Positions 1 to 11,900 of a stretch of DNA of 64,000 bases are shown here, one piece after another. The stretch comes from Squalus acanthias. Taxonomy: Eukaryota. The position numbers were made by a program, and so were the translations under genes. Every line of letters starts with the position of its first letter. Position 1 is the first letter of the stretch. The DNA lies in contig JASTWF010000098.1 in the NCBI GenBank assembly GCA_030390025.1, forward strand, positions 682,001-746,000, in the 5' to 3' direction. The notes under the pieces are model-generated. The model was not told the DNA's origin, searched no databases, and was given only the letters and a program-made list of their open reading frames with translations.

Positions 1-119
1 TTTCCGTCCGGGTGTGTGATGAGAACGTCCACATCCCCACAGGTGGGCTTCCCGCGTCGATAGGACCCACAGGCCAGAGCAATCAGGGCCGGATTAATCG
101 AGTGAGCCATGTCACTCAC
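1..119 (-). CDS. POLL: DNA polymerase lambda coding exon (palm, catalytic DxD); continues off the left edge
   Basis: Reverse complement reads [39 protein letters not shown], the Pol X GSYRRG...GDVDVL motif. Preceded by acceptor tgttgtccAG; phase 0 matches the previous exon. Confidence 0.96.
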   Translation of the reverse strand, partial: MSDMAHSINPALIALACGSYRRGKPTCGDVDVLITHPDG

Positions 120-158
120 CTGGACAACACAGGGAAGAATGTTCGATAATGACTGACC

Positions 159-303
159 CTGGATTACTCCTCATCCCTCACTCCACTCCTCCAACACTGG
201 ATTACTCCTCATCCCTCACTCCACTCCTCCAACACTGGATTACTCCTCATCCCTCACTCCACTCCTCCAACACTGGATTACTCCTCATCCCTCACTCCAC
301 TCT
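159..303. repeat. 38-bp tandem repeat, about 3.8 copies
   Basis: CTGGATTACTCCTCATCCCTCACTCCACTCCTCCAACA at 159, 197, 235, 273. Confidence 0.95.
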
Positions 304-1401
304 TGGCTGTTCCTCCAGTCCCTGCTCTTTGTCTCTCTCTCCCTGTCTGCCCCCACAATCACCCTGCCTCATGACCGCTCTCCCCTCCGTTAGACGCTTC
401 TTAACTCACGCCTCCCCGATCCTGCTTTTTAATTTCTCCCGCCTCCTGTAAAACGCTCCAAAATGTGCACCTCTGTGAGGAGCGCTATATTAATGCATGG
501 ATTTTGTAGTAAAGCCATTGAGTGTAACTACATTGTGAGGCGGCTGAAGGAATCTTGACAGATTCAGTCAAATCTAGCTAATCCGTGTGACACACAGATA
601 GACGGTATAATCCTGTTAATCCCTTTCTCAACCCCTTACAGCCTCAATAGGGTCCCAGTGGTTGCTGTGAGTAATCCTATCACTGAACAATGGGCTTAGC
701 TCCCCTCAAACTGACAATTGTTGGGCCTGGTGATTGATTTGTGAGCTGAGACCGGCGCTCGCTCCCTCCGATCCCGGACAGGAGGCCCATTCCCTATTTA
801 TGCTGCACAGTGAAGCGGGAACGACAGGCCCCACCCCCCTCCCCCGACGCACCGACATTCCTCAGGTTCGGCACTCCGTGGCCGGTGCGGCAGCTTCGAG
901 CTGCTCGCTGTTCCCGTGACAACTGTCGGGGGCAGCTGTGCATGTGCGGGCATGCTCAGCAGGACCTGCCAATCACAGTTTGCCCCAGGGATCGGGGCGG
1001 GGAGGGGGAATCTGCAGTCCTGTGCATGTCTCTATTACACACCAGCTCTTAGCCGTGGGGACAGATTCCCTCATTGCTTCTTCTGCGCAAAATACTCCTG
1101 GGTCTCCCGACCAAGTTCAGTCGAAACCCTGGGATTTTGAGCCGTTTTGTTTTTCTCAGTGTCGCCTGTTCTGTAGCAGGGATTGGTTCATTTCCCGACA
1201 TTGCAACAGTGAGTACACTTCAACAACAACAAGTTGCATTTATATAGCACCTTTAACGTAGTAAAATGTCCCAAGGCGCTTCACAGGAGCGATTATCAGA
1301 CAAAATTTGACACCAAGCCACATAAGGAGATATTAGAAATAACAACAGAAAACGCTGGAAAAACTCAGCAGGCCAGGCAGCATCCGTGGAGAGAGAAAGA
1401 G

Positions 1402-1438
1402 AGTTGACGTTTCAGGTCGATGACCTTTCATCAGAACT
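1402..1438 (-). ncRNA. Identical hammerhead motif in the inverted pseudo-LTR copy
   Basis: Exact reverse complement of 3225-3261. Confidence 0.78.
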
Positions 1439-3224
1439 GGGAAGAGCTGAAATCTCTTCCTATCTCGACTCTATTTTTTCTCCCCTTGTCCAGTCTCTTC
1501 CCACCTACATCCGCGACTCTTCCGATGCCCTCCGCCATTTTAACAGTTTCCAGTTTCCCGGCCCCAACCGTCTCCTCTTCACTATGGACGTACAATCCCT
1601 CTACACCTCCATTCCCCACCAAGATGGCCTGAGGGCGCTCCGCTTCTTCCTTGAACAGAGGCCCAACCAGTCCCCATCCACCACCACCCTCCTCCGCCTG
1701 GCTGAACTTGTTCTCACATTGAACAACTTCTCCTTTGACTCTACCCATTTCCTCCAAATTAAAGGTGTTGCTATGGGTACCCGCATGGGTCCTAGCTATG
1801 CCTGCCTTTTCGTGGGATATGTGGAACACTCTTTGTTCCAGTCCTACTCGGGTCCCCTCCCTCACCTCTTTTTCCGGTACATTGATGACTGTATCGGTGC
1901 CGTCTCCTGCTCTCGCCCTGAACTAGAACATTTCATTCACTATGCTTCCAATTTCCACCCTTCCCTCACCTTCACATGGTCCATCTCCGACTCTTCTCTT
2001 CCCTTCCTCGACTTCTCCATCTCCATCTCTGGGGATAGGTTATTGACTAACATTCACTACAAGCCCACCGACTCCCACAGCTACCTGGACTACACTTCCT
2101 CCCACCCCGCCTCCTGTAAGGACTCTATTCCATTCTCCCAGTTTCTCCGTCTCCGCCGCATCTGCTCTGATGATGCCACCTTCCATACCAGTGCTTCCGA
2201 CATGTCTTCCTTTTTCCTCAACCGAGGATTCCCCTCTACCGTGGTCGACACGGCCCTCGACCGTGTCCGTTCTATCTCCCGCACATCTGCCCTCACCCCT
2301 GCCCCTCCCTCCCGGAACCACGATAGGGTTCCCCTTGTCCTCACCTTTCACCCCACCAGCCTCCACATTCAACGGATCATCCTCCGCCATTTCCGCCACC
2401 TCCAGCGTGATCCCACCACCAAACACATCTTCCCCTCACCTCCCCTTTCAGCATTCCGCAGGGACCGCTCCCTCCGCGACACCCTAGTCCACTCCTCTAC
2501 CACCCCCAGCACCCCTTCCCCTTCGCCCGGCACCTTCCCGTGCACGCGCAGGAGATGCAACACATGCCCTTATACCTCCCCTCTTCCCACTGTCCAGGGC
2601 CCCAAACACCCCTTCCAGGTGAAACAGCGATTTACTTGTACTTCCTGCAATTTAGTATACTGTATTCGCTGCTCACGATGTGGACTCCTCTACATTGGGG
2701 AGACCAAACGCAGATTGGGTGACCGCTTTGCGGAACACCTCCGTTCAGTCCGTAAGGGGGACCCCGAGCTCCCGGTGGCCTGTCACTTTAATTCACCGCT
2801 TCACTCCCACTCTGACCTCACCGTCCTCGGCCTAATACACTGTTCCACGGAAGCTCAGCGTAAGCTCGAGGAACAGCACCTCATCTTTCGTTTAGGCACG
2901 CTACAGCCCTCTGGACTCAATATCGAGTTCAACAATTTTAGATCATAACCTCAGCTCCAATCACATTTATATTTTATTTTATCCACCCTTTTATTTGTCC
3001 CCCCCACCTTTTTTTTCCTCCTAGAAGCTGGCAGCTGTCCTTCATTCTGCCAGTAGATTTCACGCTTCATTCAGCCTTAATCTGTCACATTAACACCACC
3101 TCTAGCCTTGCATATCTCTTAATGTCTCTTAATGTCTCTTCATCTCCTCCTTTGTTCCTTTATCCCCTCCCCCTTTTCCCAGCTTTACCCTGGCCTTAAA
3201 TCTATTTGATTTCCAGCTCTTCCC

Positions 3225-3261
3225 AGTTCTGATGAAAGGTCATCGACCTGAAACGTCAACT
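3225..3261 (+). ncRNA. Minimal type I hammerhead ribozyme motif in the Penelope pseudo-LTR
   Basis: AGTT-CTGATGA-A-AGGT(CATCG)ACCT-GAAA-CG-TC-AACT: conserved core, stem II, palindromic ACGT stem III, AGTT/AACT stem I. Confidence 0.8.
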
Positions 3262-3359
3262 CTCTTTCTCTCTCCACGGATGCTGCCTGGCCTGCTGAGT
3301 TTTTCCAGCGTTTTCTGTTGTTATTTCGGATTTCCAGCATCTGCAGTATTTTGCTATCG

Positions 3360-4183
3360 TAAGGAGATATTAGGACAGGTGACCAAAAGCTTGGTCAAAG
3401 AGGGAGGTTTTAAGGAGCGTCTTAAAGGAGGAGAGAGAGGCGGAGAGGTTTAGGGAGGGAATTCCAGAGCTTAGGGCCCAGGCAGCTGAAGGCACGGCCG
3501 CCAATGGTGGAGCGATTAAAACCGGGGGATGTGCAAGAGTCCAGAATTGGAGGAGCACAGCGATCTCGGAGGGTTGTGGGGCTGGAGGAGGTTACAGAGA
3601 TAGGGAGGGGCGAGGCCATGGAGGGATTTAAAAATAAGGATGAGAATTTTAAAATCGAACCGTTTCTTAATCGGGAGCCAGTGTAGGTCAGCGAGCACAG
3701 GGGTGATGGGTGAATGGGACTTGGTGCGCGTTAGGACACGGGTAGCAGAGTATTGGATGAGCTGAAGTTTACGGAGGCCGGCCAGGAGAGCATTGGAATA
3801 GTCGAGCCGAGAGGCAACCAAGGCATGGATGAGGGTTCCAGCAGCAAATGAGCTGAGAGGGGTGGAGTTGGGCGATGTTACGGAGGCTTCAGTTTTCCCA
3901 ATATTTAGTTGGAGGAAATTTTTGCTGATCCAGAACTGGGGGTCGGACAAGCAGTCTGACAAATCAGAGACAGTGGAGGGGTCGAGAGAAGAGGTAGTGA
4001 GGTAGAGCTGGGTGTCGTCAGCGTACATGTGGAAACTGAGGCTGGGTTTTTGGATGATGTTGCCAAGGGGCAACATGTAGATGAGAAATAGGAGGGGCCA
4101 AGGATAGATCCTTGGGGGACACCAGAGGTAAGGATGCTGGAGCGGGACGAGAAGCTGTTGCTGGTGATTCTCTGGCTACGATT
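3360..4183 (-). mobile_element. L2 LINE 3' fragment (its tail is at about 1222-1336, split off by the Penelope insertion)
   Basis: Minus-strand ORF with FHMYADDTQLY, SRLDYSNALL and LHWLP; (GTT)n-type tail. Confidence 0.88.
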
Positions 4184-5557
4184 AGGGTGAGAACACCACC
4201 ACCTCCAAGATCTCCTCCAAGTCACACACCATCCCGACTTGGAAATATATCGCCGATCCTTCATTGTCACTGGGTCAAAATCCTGGAACTCCCTCCCTAA
4301 CAGCACTGTGGGAGCACCTTCACCACACAGACTGCAGCGGTTCAAGAAGGCGGCTCACCACCACCTTCTCAAGGGCAATTAGGGATGGGCAATAAATGCT
4401 GGCCTTGCCAGCAATGCCCACATCCCATAAACTAATACAAAAAAAGATAGATAAGAACGGAAGCAGGCGAGTGCAGTCCCACCCAGCTGGACGACAGAGG
4501 AGAGGTGTTGGAGAAGGATGGAGTGATCAACCGTGTCAAAGGCTGCAGACAGGTGGAGAAGGACGAGGAGGGATAGTTTATCACGGTCACAGTCACAAAG
4601 GATCTGATTTGTGACTTTGATAAGGGCCGTTTTACTGCTGTGGCAAGGGCGGAAACCTGATTGGAGGGAATCAAACATGGAGTTGCGGGAAGGACGGGCA
4701 CAGACTTCAAATGTATGAATTGGTTGTGAAGCGCTTTGGGACGTCCTGAGGTGGTGAATGGCACTGTATAAACGCAAGTCTTTCTTTTTATTTAAGACAC
4801 AAACTGAACAAAAAAAATAACAACAGGAGCAAAAGACAAACATCGAAATCAATGTTTATACAGCGGCCCCTCGCACTGTTAGAGCGACTCAGTGCATCAG
4901 ACAACAAATTACTTTGAAGGGAGGGACTGCTGTTACATTGTAAAATGTGGCAGGAATCCTGTACCAGCAATGAGGGGCATTTGTATTTATTATAATTTGC
5001 CCTCAGGTTGGGGGTGAGGTTGGCAAGGCTGCCCACTGATGACACATCCCTAGTTGCCCTGAGCAGGTATCGATGGGTCTTCTTCCTTCCTTTATAGCCA
5101 CTGGCCGTACCATTGAATGGCTTGTGGGGCCACTTCACCGGGTTTTAAGAGACTGGGTATTGGAGGCAGGATCCTTTCCCTGAAGGACAATGTCCCCAAC
5201 ACCCGCCCGCACATTACCAAACACGGCATGTGCAACATTCCCACACTGGGAGAGAGGGGATTATCAGAGGTTGCATTTGTTGGGAGGGGGGCCGTGGCAG
5301 GACTTGTGGACAGTTCTTTCGAAGTTTGTACAGGCACGATGGGCCGAATGGGGAATGGGCAGAGGAATGGGACTGAGTGGATGGCTCTTTCAGAGAGAGG
5401 GCAGGATGGGCCGAATGGTCTCACTCTGTGCTGTAAAACTCTGCCATTCTATCTTCTATCCAGAGCATACCTTCGCCCCTCTACCTCCGACAGGTTCAAA
5501 TTGCAGATGTGAAAGGGCAGCACCCACTGCTTGTAAACAGAACCACAAAGTACTTAC

Positions 5558-5686
5558 GGTTTTCTCAATCTCTGCAGCTTCATCCCTGGGCATTCGATCC
5601 AGGAAATCGTGGTAGTGTTTCAGGCCTATTGTCTGCTGCTTGGTGAGACTTGCTTTCGTGCGAATGTCATCTAAGATTCTGAATCC
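5558..5686 (-). CDS. POLL: DNA polymerase lambda coding exon (fingers/palm)
   Basis: [43 protein letters not shown]; 129 nt; ttttacAG acceptor and GTAAGT donor. Confidence 0.96.
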
Positions 5687-5906
5687 CTGTAAAACATGTC
5701 AAAGCACGAAAGCTTTTTACTGTAACGTGCAAATGAGAATAGGACAACTAAACAAAAACAGAAATGCAGGAAGGACTTTTTTTTTACTAAAAGGGGGTGA
5801 GTATATGGAACAGATTAATGGGGGGGGGGGGGGCGGTGGAAACCTAAATGGGAATTAGACAAGTCTCTTGTCAACAAATCAGATTCAAGGTTATTTGAAA
5901 TGCACC

Positions 5907-8900
5907 AAGGGAACACTGTGGATAGGAGGGGGGGGGGTCGATGGACCGAAGGGAACACTGTGGATAGGAGGGGTCGATGGGCCGAAGGGAACACTGTGGA
6001 TAGGAGGGGTCGATGGGCCGAAGGGAACACTGTGGATAGGAGGGGTCGATGGGCTGAAGGGAACACTGTGGATAGGAGGGGTCGATGGGTTGAAGGGAAC
6101 ACGGTGGATAGGAGGAGGGGGGTCGATGGGCCGAAGGGAACACTGTGGATAGGAGGGGTCGATGGGCCGAAGGGAACACTGTGGATAGGAGGGGTCGATG
6201 GGAACACTGTGGATAGGAGTAGTCGATGGGCCGAAGGGAACACTGTGGATAGGAGGGGTCGATGGGAACACTGTGGATAGGAGGGGTCGATGGGCCGAAG
6301 GGAACAAGGTGGATAGGAGGGGTCGATGGGCCAAAGGGAACACTGCGGATAGGAGGGGTTGATGGGCCGAAGGGAACACTGTGGATAGGAGGGGTCGATG
6401 GGAACACTGTGGATAGGAGGGGTCGATGGGCCGAAGGGAACACTGCGGATAGGAGGGGTCGATGGGTTGAAGGGAACACGGTGGATAGGAGGGGTCGATG
6501 GGCTGAAGGGAACACGGTGGATAGGAGGGGTCGATGGGCCAAAGGGAACACTGTGGATAGGAGGGGTCGATGGGAACACTGTGGATAGGAGGGGTCGATG
6601 GGCCGAAGGGAACACTGCGGATAGGAGGGGTCGATGGGTTGAAGGGAACACGGTGGATAGGAGGGGGGGTCGATGGGCCGAAGGGAACACTGTGGATAGG
6701 AGGGGTCGATGGGCCGAAGGGAACACTGTGGATAGGAGGGGTCGATGGGAACACTGTGGATAGGAGGGGTCGATGGGCCGAAGGGAACACTGTGGATAGG
6801 AGGGGTCGATGGGAACACTGTGGATAGGAGGGGTCGATGGGCCGAAGGGAACACTGTGGATAGGAGGGGTCGATGGGCCGAAGGGAACACTGTGGATAGG
6901 AGGGGTCGATGGGAACACTGTGGATAGGAGGGGTCGATGGGCCGAAGGGAACACTGTGGATAGGAGGGGTCGATGGGAACACTGTGGATAGGAGGGGTCG
7001 ATGGGCCGAAGGGAACACTGTGGATAGGAGTGGTCGATGGGCTGAAGGGAACACTGTGGATAGGAGGGGTCGATGGGCCGAAGGGAACAAGGTGGATAGG
7101 AGGGGTCGATGGGCCGAAGGGAACACTGCGGATAGGAGGGGTCGATGGGCCGAAGGGAACACTGTGGATAGGAGTAGTCGATGGGCCGAAGGGAACACTG
7201 TGGATAGGAAGGGGTCGATGTGCCGAAGGGAACACTGTGGATAGGAGGGGTCGATGGGCCGAAGGGAACACTGTGGATAGGTGGGGTCGATGGGCCGAAG
7301 GGAACACTGTGGATAGGAGTAGTCGATGGGCCGAAGGGAACACTGTGGATAGGAAGGGGTCGATGGGCCGAAGGGAACACTGTGGATAGGAAGGGGTCGA
7401 TGGGCCGAAGGGAACACTGTGGATAGGAGGGGTCGATGGGCCGAAGGGAACACTGTGGATAGGAGGGGTCGATGGGCCGAAGGGAACACTGTGGATAGGA
7501 GGGGTCGATGGGCCGAAGGGAAACACTGTGGATAGGAGGGGTCGATGGGCCGAAGGGAACACTGTGGATAGGAGGGGTCGATGGGCCGAAGGGAACAAGG
7601 TGGATAGGAGGGGTCGATGGGCCGAAGGGAACACTGTGGATAGGAGGGGTCGATGGGCCGAAGGGAACACTGTGGATAGGAGGGGTCGATGGGAACACTG
7701 CGGATAGGAGGGGTCGATGGGTCGATGGGAACACTGTGGATAGGAGGGGTCGATGGGTCGATGGGAACACTGTGGATAGGAGGGGTCGATGGGTCGATGG
7801 GAACACTGTGGATAGGAGGGGTCGATGGGCCGAAGGGAACACTGTGGATAGGAGGGGTCGATGGGAACACTGTGGATAGGAGGGGTCGATGGGAACAAGG
7901 TGGATAGGAGGGGTCGATGGGCCGATGGGAACACTGTGGATAGGAGGGGTCGATGGGCTGAAGGGAACACTGTGGATAGGAGGGGTCGATGGGCCGAAGG
8001 GAACAAGGTGGATAGGAGGGGTCGATGGGCCGATGGGAACACTGTGGATAGGAGGGGTCGATGGGCCGAAGGGAACACTGTGGATAGGAGGGGTCGATGG
8101 GAACACTGTGGATAGGAGGGGTCGATGGGCCGAAGGGAACACTGTGGATAGGAGGGGTCGATGGGCCGAAGGGAACAAGGTGGATAGGAGGGGTCGATGG
8201 GCCGATGGGAACACTGTGGATAGGAGGGGTCGATGGGCCGAAGGGAACACTGTGGATAGGAGGGGTCGATGGGAACACTGTGGATAGGAGGGGTCGATGG
8301 GTCGAAGGGAACACTGTGGATAGGAGGGGTCGATGGGAACACTGTGGATAGGAAGGGGTCGATGGGCCGAAGGGAACACTGTGGATAGGTGGGGTCGATG
8401 GGTCGAAGGGAACACTGTGGATAGGACGGGTCGATGGGCCGAAGGGAACACTGTGGATAGGAGGGGTCGATGGGCCGATGGGAACACTGTGGATAGGAGG
8501 GGTCGATGGGCCGAAGGGAACACTGTGGATAGGAGGGGTCGATGGGCCGAAGGGAACACTGTGGATAGGAGGGGTCGATGGGCCGATGGGAACACTGTGG
8601 ATAGGAGGGGTCGATGGGCCGAAGGGAACACTGTGGATAGGAGGGGTCGATGGGAACACTGTGGATAGGAGGGGTCGATGGGCCGAAGGGAACACTGTGG
8701 ATAGGTGGGGTCGATGGGTCGAAGGGAACACTGTGGATAGGACGGGTCGATGGGCCGAAGGGAACACTGTGGATAGGAGGGGTCGATGGGAACACTGTGG
8801 ATAGGAGGGGTCGATGGGCCGATGGGAACACTGTGGATAGGACGGGTCGATGGGCCGAAGGGAACACTGTGGATAGGAGGGGTCGATGGGAACACTGTGG

Positions 8901-11900
8901 ATAGGAGGGGTCGAAGGGAACACTGTGGATAGGAGGGGTCGATGGGCCGAAGGGAACACTGTGGATAGGAGGGGTCGATGGGAACACTGTGGATAGGAGG
9001 GGTCGATGGGCCGAAGGGAACACTGTGGATAGGAGGGGTCGATGGGAACACTGTGGATAGGAGGGGTCGAAGGGAACACTGTGGATAGGAGGGGTCGATG
9101 GGCCCAAGGGAACACTGTGGATAGGAGGGGTCGATGGGAACACTGTGGATAGGAGGGGCCGAAGGGAACACTGTGGATAGGAGGGGTCGATGGGAACACT
9201 GTGGATAGGAGGGGTCGATGGGCCGATGGGAACACTGTGGATAGGAGGGGTCGATGGGCTGAAGGGAACACTGTGGATAGGAGGGGTCGATGGGCCGAAG
9301 GGAACAAGGTGGATAGGAGGGGTCGATGGGCCGATGGGAACACTGTGGATAGGAGGGGTCGATGGGAACACTGTGGATAGGAGGGGTCGATGGGAACAAG
9401 GTGGATAGGAGGGGTCGATGGGCCGATGGGAACACTGTGGATAGGAGGGGTCGATGGGCTGAAGGGAACACTGTGGATAGGAGGGGTCGATGGGCCGAAG
9501 GGAACAAGGTGGATAGGAGGGGTCGATGGGCCGATGGGAACACTGTGGATAGGAGGGGTCGATGGGCCGAAGGGAACACTGTGGATAGGAGGGGTCGATG
9601 GGAACACTGTGGATAGGAGGGGTCGATGGGCCGAAGGGAACACTGTGGATAGGAGGGGTCGATGGGCCGAAGGGAACAAGGTGGATAGGAGGGGTCGATG
9701 GGCCGATGGGAACACTGTGGATAGGAGGGGTCGATGGGCCGAAGGGAACACTGTGGATAGGAGGGGTCGATGGGAACACTGTGGATAGGAGGGGTCGATG
9801 GGTCGAAGGGAACACTGTGGATAGGAGGGGTCGATGGGAACACTGTGGATAGGAAGGGGTCGATGGGCCGAAGGGAACACTGTGGATAGGTGGGGTCGAT
9901 GGGTCGAAGGGAACACTGTGGATAGGACGGGTCGATGGGCCGAAGGGAACACTGTGGATAGGAGGGGTCGATGGGCCGATGGGAACACTGTGGATAGGAG
10001 GGGTCGATGGGCCGAAGGGAACACTGTGGATAGGAGGGGTCGATGGGCCGAAGGGAACACTGTGGATAGGAGGGGTCGATGGGAACACTGTGGATAGGAG
10101 GGGTCGATGGGCCGAAGGGAACACTGTGGATAGGTGGGGTCGATGGGTCGAAGGGAACACTGTGGATAGGACGGGTCGATGGGCCGAAGGGAACACTGTG
10201 GATAGGAGGGGTCGATGGGAACACTGTGGATAGGAGGGGTCGATGGGCCGATGGGAACACTGTGGATAGGACGGGTCGATGGGCCGAAGGGAACACTGTG
10301 GATAGGAGGGGTCGATGGGAACACTGTGGATAGGAGGGGTCGAAGGGAACACTGTGGATAGGAGGGGTCGATGGGCCGAAGGGAACACTGTGGATAGGAG
10401 GGGTCGATGGGAACACTGTGGATAGGAGGGGTCGATGGGCCGAAGGGAACACTGTGGATAGGAGGGGTCGATGGGAACACTGTGGATAGGAGGGGTCGAA
10501 GGGAACACTGTGGATAGGAGGGGTCGATGGGCCCAAGGGAACACTGTGGATAGGAGGGGTCGATGGGAACACTGTGGATAGGAGGGGCCGAAGGGAACAC
10601 TGTGGATAGGAGGGGTCGATGGGAACACTGTGGATAGGAGGGGTCGATGGGCCGATGGGAACACTGTGGATAGGAGGGGTCGATGGGCTGAAGGGAACAC
10701 TGTGGATAGGAGGGGTCGATGGGCCGAAGGGAACAAGGTGGATAGGAGGGGTCGATGGGCCGATGGGAACACTGTGGATAGGAGGGGTCGATGGGAACAC
10801 TGTGGATAGGAGGGGTCGATGGGAACAAGGTGGATAGGAGGGGTCGATGGGCCGATGGGAACACTGTGGATAGGAGGGGTCGATGGGCTGAAGGGAACAC
10901 TGTGGATAGGAGGGGTCGATGGGCCGAAGGGAACAAGGTGGATAGGAGGGGTCGATGGGCCGATGGGAACACTGTGGATAGGAGGGGTCGATGGGCCGAA
11001 GGGAACACTGTGGATAGGAGGGGTCGATGGGAACACTGTGGATAGGAGGGGTCGATGGGCCGAAGGGAACACTGTGGATAGGAGGGGTCGATGGGCCGAA
11101 GGGAACAAGGTGGATAGGAGGGGTCGATGGGCCGATGGGAACACTGTGGATAGGAGGGGTCGATGGGCCGAAGGGAACACTGTGGATAGGAGGGGTCGAT
11201 GGGAACACTGTGGATAGGAGGGGTCGATGGGTCGAAGGGAACACTGTGGATAGGAGGGGTCGATGGGAACACTGTGGATAGGAAGGGGTCGATGGGCCGA
11301 AGGGAACACTGTGGATAGGTGGGGTCGATGGGTCGAAGGGAACACTGTGGATAGGACGGGTCGATGGGCCGAAGGGAACACTGTGGATAGGAGGGGTCGA
11401 TGGGCCGATGGGAACACTGTGGATAGGAGGGGTCGATGGGCCGAAGGGAACACTGTGGATAGGAGGGGTCGATGGGCCGAAGGGAACACTGTGGATAGGA
11501 GGGGTCGATGGGCCGATGGGAACACTGTGGATAGGAGGGGTCGATGGGCCGAAGGGAACACTGTGGATAGGAGGGGTCGATGGGAACACTGTGGATAGGA
11601 GGGGTCGATGGGCCGAAGGGAACACTGTGGATAGGTGGGGTCGATGGGTCGAAGGGAACACTGTGGATAGGACGGGTCGATGGGCCGAAGGGAACACTGT
11701 GGATAGGAGGGGTCGATGGGAACACTGTGGATAGGAGGGGTCGATGGGCCGATGGGAACACTGTGGATAGGACGGGTCGATGGGCCGAAGGGAACACTGT
11801 GGATAGGAGGGGTCGATGGGAACACTGTGGATAGGAGGGGTCGAAGGGAACACTGTGGATAGGAGGGGTCGATGGGCCGAAGGGAACACTGTGGATAGGA

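Larger units (their letters stand above)
1337..3359 (+). mobile_element. 5'-truncated Penelope-like retroelement (RT plus GIY-YIG) with inverted partial pseudo-LTR at the 5' end
   Basis: ORF 1386-2948 has MDVQSLYT, GVAMG, RYIDD, LPFLD, HYKPT and C-terminal VYCIRC..YIGET..R..EH..GLN. 1337-1455 is the reverse complement of about 3208-3327. Target duplication TAAGGAGATATTAG at 1323-1336 and 3360-3373, inside an L2. Confidence 0.93.
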
